A stretch of DNA of 64,000 nucleotides from positions 41,734 to 105,733 of the forward strand of contig CAZFBK010000001.1 of NCBI GenBank assembly GCA_964517065.1, given 5' to 3'. The notes under the pieces are model-generated. The model was not told where the DNA came from and did not search any database. It saw only the letters and a list, made by a program, of their open reading frames with translations. Below, in pieces: positions 58,627 through 64,000 of the stretch (positions within the stretch are counted from its first letter, which is position 1; each line of letters opens with the position of its first letter). The translations under genes were made by a program, and so were the position numbers. Source of the stretch: an uncultured Gammaproteobacteria bacterium (GTDB lineage Bacteria; Patescibacteriota; Patescibacteriia; UBA1558; 2-01-FULL-52-15).

Positions 58627-60234
58627 ATGCTCAACAAAAAATTCCAACATGGCAACACCTTCCTCCCCTACCTGACTCTGGTCGTCATCGCCGGACTGGT
58701 CACGACCAATCTGTGGTTGTACTTTTGGGGTCAGAAGGAAATAACTCCTTCACAACCCCAGTCGGTTGTTACGACGATTGATCCACAGGCTGATTGGCAG
58801 ACATATACAAATACTGACTATGGCTTTAGTTTCCAATATCCAGCAGATTGGACTGAAAAAAAAGACAACCTACCAGATTCAATAAAAAAAGATGAGGGAG
58901 GTGTGCCGACTCAAAGCCTTGCATTGTCTACACTTAACGGCGAGACTCAATTTTCTCTTCTAATAGATCCACTCGGTTTTGGTCCTTTCTTTCCAGATAT
59001 GTTTCTAACTGTGGCCAAAAAAAATGGCGGCTTAGCAATAACCCAAAGGCAAAACTCGGAGTCGAATAAAGATAATAAACCGAATGAATATAGTTTAATT
59101 ATTTCTAGCATCGATAACGAGTCGCCTCGGTTTTGGATGTATGCCAGTTCACCAGCAGTCGAAAAAGATAAACTTATAGCTCAGCTAGATAAGCTAATTG
59201 CCACCTTCCGCTTCACTGATGATATGAGTGATTGGAAAACGTATAACACAACTCAATATAGTTTACAATTTAAATTTCCCAGTGACTTAGTTTATCTTGG
59301 TCCTGAAGGAGGCGATTTTATCGGACCATTATCATCACCGAAAGCGATCAAATATGCGCCTGATCTTGTCGTAGGCACACCAGAAAACGAATTAATCTTT
59401 ACGCTTGATATCATCCCGACTAGCGACAATGATGGTAATTTTTATGTGCTTAATCACATCCAACAAGTCTTCTCTAGAGATACATCAAAATATAGCAAAT
59501 CAACTGTCTCAATTGATAATATTGCATACGATAAATATAGCCGCCTACAGAATCGACAACCTGATAATCATACACAGATAAAGGATGTTTACATTACCTC
59601 CCAGAATGGTTTTACTTATATAATAACGTTGTACGGCCTGCAGATTGGAGAAAAAATCCTCTCCACCTTCCGCTTCACTGATGAACCCGTCATAAAAATT
59701 CCTGATGATTGGAAAAACTATACTGACAGCCAAGTAGGCTTTTCATTTGCTTATCCAAATCCCTGGAAACTCACAACCGAAAATGGAGACCCGTCCGTTA
59801 TTGCCAGTCTCTTTTATCAACCAATCGAAGAGGCCTATAACTTAGATGGCGGTATTAGCGTCTATGTCCGTATTCATGAAAGTAATGGCTTATCTTTGGC
59901 AGACTGGTTTCATAAAAATGCTGAATATTCTAAAGAGAAAATTCAGCAACGTGTTGACTATATGAAACTAGAGGGCAGCGGTTCACTAATAGCTTCTGAT
60001 ATCATCACTAATTTCCAGAATATTACTATTGACTCAACGCCGGCAATCGCTCAGTACACCAAAGAGCTAAAACCAACCTATATTGAAGGCGGAGCTTCCA
60101 CGCGTAAGGAATATTATTTCAAGAAAGGTGATAAAATAATTTCTATTATCGGGCAAACCTCCACCGGGTCTCAAGCCCAAGGGATGCTAAACCTTTTTGA
60201 TCAATTCGTCGCCACCTTCAAATTCAATAAATAA
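58627..60234 (+). CDS. Array member 3 (three modules)
   Basis: WQTYTNTDYGFSFQYPADW, WKTYNTTQYSLQFKFPSD and WKNYTDSQVGFSFAYPNPW. Ends VATFKFNK. Confidence 0.6.
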   Translation: MLNKKFQHGNTFLPYLTLVVIAGLVTTNLWLYFWGQKEITPSQPQSVVTTIDPQADWQTYTNTDYGFSFQYPADWTEKKDNLPDSIKKDEGGVPTQSLALSTLNGETQFSLLIDPLGFGPFFPDMFLTVAKKNGGLAITQRQNSESNKDNKPNEYSLIISSIDNESPRFWMYASSPAVEKDKLIAQLDKLIATFRFTDDMSDWKTYNTTQYSLQFKFPSDLVYLGPEGGDFIGPLSSPKAIKYAPDLVVGTPENELIFTLDIIPTSDNDGNFYVLNHIQQVFSRDTSKYSKSTVSIDNIAYDKYSRLQNRQPDNHTQIKDVYITSQNGFTYIITLYGLQIGEKILSTFRFTDEPVIKIPDDWKNYTDSQVGFSFAYPNPWKLTTENGDPSVIASLFYQPIEEAYNLDGGISVYVRIHESNGLSLADWFHKNAEYSKEKIQQRVDYMKLEGSGSLIASDIITNFQNITIDSTPAIAQYTKELKPTYIEGGASTRKEYYFKKGDKIISIIGQTSTGSQAQGMLNLFDQFVATFKFNK

Positions 60235-60244
60235 TTCAAAAGAC

Positions 60245-61369
60245 ATGACAACAAAAACTATAGCCACCATCGTGATCTGTGGCATCCTGATCGTAGTCGG
60301 TCTCGCTTGGAGTCACGTGCCACCGTTTAAGGGCTTGATACCAACTACTGCCCCAACTCCGCAGCCAACAAATACCGTGAATGAGGTTATTCCAAACAAT
60401 AAACCGGCCACTGGTAAAATTATCCCCGAAACCTACACCAGCACCTCTCTTGGTTTCTCCATCCAGCATCCTGTTGGTTGGAAGGTTGACGATACCTCTA
60501 CACCAAATAAAGTTTGGTTCAACCCAGTAGAAACAGAAGCTGTTGATAGTATAGAAGTCGAGAATGGCACACTGACCAGTTGGCTCAAAGCGTTCGAAAA
60601 CGATATCTCAACTCAAACTGATCTAACGGTAGATGGCTACCCAGCTAAGCAGATTGATCTGAACAGTTTTAATCTGCAAATGACTGCTGTCGAGAAAGAC
60701 GGAAAGCTCTACGTCATCACATCCAATCGGGATATTAAAAAATTGGGACTTGCCTCAACCTTTAGGTTCACATATGCTACCCCACCCTACACGTACTCCG
60801 TCGTACAATTCGTTAATTCTAAACCTTCCCCAGGCTCAGCAGATACCAAGCTTGTCAGATCTGACAACACAGTGATTATTCCTAGCTTACGGCAAGCTTC
60901 AGGTGTATATTTAGATGCTTTCAGTCTACCAACTCAAGGCGACCAGCTCTACTTTAGGTCTGCCCTTCCAGAATCAGACAACGCTGCTGGACAAATATAC
61001 TCCTACAGTTTAACCGAGAAAAAATTTACAAAGCTCAAAAACCTGAACTCACTCTTTAGTGGCTGGGGCGGTGTAAAAATCAACCCTAATGGCTATATGA
61101 TAGCTTTTGTCCGTGATACCTACTTCGAAAACCCAGTTGCTGGTTTGGATCAGAAACTATATATATTTGACCTCGGCCAAGATACATTGATAAAGACAAT
61201 CACTCTATCTGGAACTGAAACTTTTAATTCTGGTTACGGTGCTCTATCGAGCGACTATTATCTCAAATGGGTTGATCAAAACACCCTAGAATATAAGGTC
61301 TATAAAAACTCTACCCCTGAGAAAGAAAAAGCAATAATACGAACAGAGCAATACACATTATTCGATTAA
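60245..61369 (+). CDS. Array member 4, a divergent single-module relative (YTSTSLGFSIQHPVGWKV)
   Basis: N-terminal TM. Related module opening. Start placed at the internal Met; the ORF extends to 60197. Confidence 0.5.
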   Translation: MTTKTIATIVICGILIVVGLAWSHVPPFKGLIPTTAPTPQPTNTVNEVIPNNKPATGKIIPETYTSTSLGFSIQHPVGWKVDDTSTPNKVWFNPVETEAVDSIEVENGTLTSWLKAFENDISTQTDLTVDGYPAKQIDLNSFNLQMTAVEKDGKLYVITSNRDIKKLGLASTFRFTYATPPYTYSVVQFVNSKPSPGSADTKLVRSDNTVIIPSLRQASGVYLDAFSLPTQGDQLYFRSALPESDNAAGQIYSYSLTEKKFTKLKNLNSLFSGWGGVKINPNGYMIAFVRDTYFENPVAGLDQKLYIFDLGQDTLIKTITLSGTETFNSGYGALSSDYYLKWVDQNTLEYKVYKNSTPEKEKAIIRTEQYTLFD

Positions 61370-61381
61370 AGAAATTCTAAA

Positions 61382-61414
61382 AGGCGCCGTCGTGCTGACG
61401 AGCGCCTTTTTTTG
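61382..61414 (+). terminator. Rho-independent terminator closing the paralog array
   Basis: AGGCGCCGTCGTGCTGACGAGCGCCT hairpin plus TTTTTTTG. Confidence 0.75.
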
Positions 61415-61427
61415 TTCTTTCCCTCCT

Positions 61428-61955
61428 CTAACATTGAAGTGGTCGCGTGAGCTGGCTGATGCGAACTGTGTCAGCCGTGGTCAGAGGCGTGCATCCCTGA
61501 AGCCAATCCAGATCAAGACACAGTCCAGTCAGATCCACGCGCGAAACTGCCGGAGTTGAGACCAACATCTCAAAGGCGGATATTCTGCCTTGAAACTCGG
61601 CCTTGGAATACAGTGAATCCGCCCTGATCTCGAGTTCCATAACTCGTTTCAGGAGAATACGTGCAAAACCGACAGACACATGCGAAGCATCAGCGACCAG
61701 CAGCCCATGAGCCAGCAAACCCTGCTGGACAATAACCCCCAGTGAGCTGTATTCGTGGTCATCTACCTGACAAACATGACATCGCGGGAAACAAAATCCC
61801 CACCGGTGACGCTTCGGCTGTGACGCCAATTCCTTCCTTCGCGCTTTGGCTCGCTCCGCCATTGCCTGCAACACTCGCGCAGCTCGCTGTGTGACGGCTT
61901 TACGTCTTCTCTCCTGCAACCTATGCGGCAAACCCACCTCCTCGTTAGAATACAA
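61428..61955 (-). CDS. Hypothetical Cys-containing protein on a GC-rich islet
   Basis: 175-aa ORF. GC clearly above background. Alternative overlapping ORFs exist on other frames, so the call is weak. Confidence 0.25.
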   Translation of the reverse strand: MYSNEEVGLPHRLQERRRKAVTQRAARVLQAMAERAKARRKELASQPKRHRWGFCFPRCHVCQVDDHEYSSLGVIVQQGLLAHGLLVADASHVSVGFARILLKRVMELEIRADSLYSKAEFQGRISAFEMLVSTPAVSRVDLTGLCLDLDWLQGCTPLTTADTVRISQLTRPLQC

Positions 61956-62065
61956 ATAACATATAACGATTCATTTAAGCACTATGAACATGCTGTGTCA
62001 ATTAATTATCTCTACTTTGACAAACTTACTACCTTTGCTCGGGTAACAATGGCACCTAGAAACGG

Positions 62066-62416
62066 GTGGCCAGAAGGGAGGTTGCCATGGACCATGGTAA
62101 TCTTGCAGTGGTAGATCAGGGAAAGTTCCCTGAACGCATCTGTGCTCATGGTAATTGCTACCAGCACGATCCGGTGATGAAGCGAATCGGTGAAAAACAA
62201 CAGCTTCCCAACCCAACGTTCTTTGGACTGCTCACCGTCTTTCTGTTCTGGCGACACTGCGGTCGTCCGTTGAGACGATACAAAATCGTACAACGTTACC
62301 AATGCCAGAAATGCGGTCGGATTGAGGATCAAGTCGACAATGATCGTTTGGGTGTCTGTCAGTGCTGTGGATACCATACGACCGTTCCTCGATACAACCC
62401 AGGACCGCGCGGATAA
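62066..62416 (+). CDS. Hypothetical small protein with a TM segment and C-terminal CxxC...CxxC zinc-ribbon
   Basis: CQKCGRIEDQVDNDRLGVCQCCGYH. Divergent from the 175-aa ORF across an AT-rich spacer. Followed by a terminator. Confidence 0.3.
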   Translation: MARREVAMDHGNLAVVDQGKFPERICAHGNCYQHDPVMKRIGEKQQLPNPTFFGLLTVFLFWRHCGRPLRRYKIVQRYQCQKCGRIEDQVDNDRLGVCQCCGYHTTVPRYNPGPRG

Positions 62417-62436
62417 TCAATTCAACAACCCTACTC

Positions 62437-62475
62437 AGAGCCGCGAGAGATTACTCTCGCGGCTCATTCTTTTTT
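62437..62475 (+). terminator. Rho-independent terminator
   Basis: GAGCCGCGAGAGATTACTCTCGCGGCTC hairpin plus TTCTTTTTT. Confidence 0.7.
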
Positions 62476-62545
62476 AAATCTTTAAAAAACGGCTCTCCCT
62501 CATAAAAGAGTGGAGCAAAACAACATTTTACTAATGAATATATTA

Positions 62546-63664
62546 CTAAAGTTTCAGAACAATTAATCCGTTCTGATCATTAGCTAAATACGTATATCCA
62601 TTATGAACTGCTACGCCCCACGTATAGCCTGGGAAACCAGCTCCCTGCTTGAGATCCTGAATCTTATCTCCGCTAATATCATATTTACTGACTCCACCGC
62701 TGGAACGCATAAAGGCAGTTTCCCCAACCAAAACTCCAGCATCCATTCCGATAAACGGTCTGTCTTCCGTATATTCGGTAGCCAAAACTTTCGGTACTTC
62801 CTGTTTGGTGACATCCAAAATCGTTAACCCTAGACCTTCCTTATCTGCAACATACAATTTATTGCCACGAGCCACCACACCTTCAGGATACCCTTTGGTG
62901 TCATACGCGCCTTTATAGTTGGGGTTTCTGGGATTAGAAACATCCAAGATGAGCACTCCGGGCATTCCACTAGCTATATAGAGATATTCTCCCACCATAG
63001 CCATCTCCCGCATATTCGTTGAAGGATCAGGATGTGTGTATTGAGCAATCTCCGTGGGGGATGCAGGATTAGAAATATCCAGGACATGAAGTATCGGTGT
63101 GTCTAGTAGAAAAAGTGTATTTCCATGAACGTAACTTGGACCAACCGTCAACAAGCCAAAATTTTTATCACCTTGAAATCTTCCTATTTCTTTTGGTGTA
63201 GTTCGGTCATTAATATCATAGATGCGGAAATCCGGCTTGTACGGGAGACCACCAATGCCAACATATGCCCGATTGCCGAACAACAGGATAGAATCAACCG
63301 TTGAATCAACCTTAACATAGCCAACTGGCGTCGGCAGTTTTGGATCACTAATATCTAAAATACGGAATCCACTATGATCATCAACAATATAAGCGTAGTC
63401 ATCTATGATAGATACCAGGCTGACCCCTGGCTTGGCATAGCGACCCACCACAGGCGTTTTGGGATCATAGGTAAGACTGGTAATAGTGGCAGGATCATAA
63501 GGTGTCGGTAATCCAAACGATTGAGTTGTTTTTTCAGGCTGCGTTATTAGTGGACCGTTATCAGGAAATGGACTGCCTTTCATGCTCGAAAAATACTGAT
63601 AACCAAAAAACCCTCCAATGCCCAGAATCAAGAGCGCTACTATAGATAAAATTATATTTTTCAT
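62546..63664 (-). CDS. Secreted LVIVD-repeat beta-propeller protein
   Basis: Signal peptide. Repeats YAYIVDDHSGFRILDISDPKLPTP, YLYIASGMPGVLILDVSNPRNP, KLYVADKEGLGLTILDVTKQ, YTYLANDQNGLIVLKL. Confidence 0.7.
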   Translation of the reverse strand: MKNIILSIVALLILGIGGFFGYQYFSSMKGSPFPDNGPLITQPEKTTQSFGLPTPYDPATITSLTYDPKTPVVGRYAKPGVSLVSIIDDYAYIVDDHSGFRILDISDPKLPTPVGYVKVDSTVDSILLFGNRAYVGIGGLPYKPDFRIYDINDRTTPKEIGRFQGDKNFGLLTVGPSYVHGNTLFLLDTPILHVLDISNPASPTEIAQYTHPDPSTNMREMAMVGEYLYIASGMPGVLILDVSNPRNPNYKGAYDTKGYPEGVVARGNKLYVADKEGLGLTILDVTKQEVPKVLATEYTEDRPFIGMDAGVLVGETAFMRSSGGVSKYDISGDKIQDLKQGAGFPGYTWGVAVHNGYTYLANDQNGLIVLKL

Positions 63665-63781
63665 CCTATTATTATTTAGTTAGATACCATTACTATAGCA
63701 CAAACCAAATAATTACTATAAAAAAAAAATACCGACTCCCCCTCGTGAGAGAGAGCCGGCCGAGTACAAGCGACGCGTGAT

Positions 63782-64000
63782 CTAGCAGTCAATCGGTGCG
63801 TCAGCCAGAGTTTCCCTGACCAGAATGTAGTCTTCGAGACTCGTGCTGAGCTGCCCGCCGTAACCGGGCCACAGCGCCTTCTGCCAGAAGGTCAGGTGAC
63901 CTTTGCCCCAGCGGAACTCCGTGGCAGCCCACTTCTGAATTGCGACTCTGACACGACGATCTTCAATCATGTTGAACAGCTTACGAGCGGCTTCAGCCTT
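63782..64000 (-). CDS. Partial hypothetical protein (GC-rich, runs off the window end)
   Basis: ORF open to the window edge. No motif. Elevated GC. Confidence 0.2.
   Translation of the reverse strand, partial: KAEAARKLFNMIEDRRVRVAIQKWAATEFRWGKGHLTFWQKALWPGYGGQLSTSLEDYILVRETLADAPIDC

Noticed and set aside
61416-62480. GC-rich block as an rRNA fragment
   Set aside because: None of the universally conserved 16S or 23S rRNA motifs I can recall (for example GTGCCAGCAGCCGCGGTAA, GGATTAGATACCC, TGTACACACCGCCCGTC) is present on either strand.

Overview
The window is AT-moderate (about 42-45% GC), compact, and reads cleanly in the standard genetic code. Housekeeping content: LemA, HtpX, ClpC, ComFC, the rpsF-ssb-rpsR operon, EF-P, KsgA, the TsaC/TsaE/TsaD set, Hsp20, L32, a NusB-Nudix fusion, RNase III and a tRNA-Glu. 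Lineage-specific secreted-protein families make up most of the rest. The long extracellular proteins, LVIVD beta-propeller repeats and T4SS-like genes suggest a Patescibacteria/CPR-like or similarly reduced bacterium, but this is a low-confidence inference. Four points stand out. First, a tandem array of secreted repeat proteins at 1-6597 carries recurring LYWG..LLCD....NCGW and DNLGNH..NLNM modules plus LVIVD repeats. Second, a minus-strand T4SS-like locus at 12959-21165 encodes a VirB4-like ATPase, small membrane proteins, a pilin-like protein with two TM helices, DsbA and a TolB-like propeller. Third, a tightly coupled operon at 26011-40110 encodes a 3066-aa cysteine-rich secreted giant protein, a VirB6-like polytopic membrane protein, a TSP3 calcium-binding protein and two paralogous small proteins. 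This operon is bracketed by ~70-bp direct repeats at about 25913-25986 and 40325-40390. It is the best candidate for an undescribed surface or host-interaction system. Fourth, a plus-strand array of four paralogous secreted multi-module proteins (56009-61369) has nucleotide-conserved module junctions. Also notable are a 20-bp perfect palindrome, GGGCAATTCATGAATTGCCC, inserted in-frame several times inside tsaD; recurrent intergenic hairpin/IR motifs; and small GC-rich islands carrying orphan ORFs.
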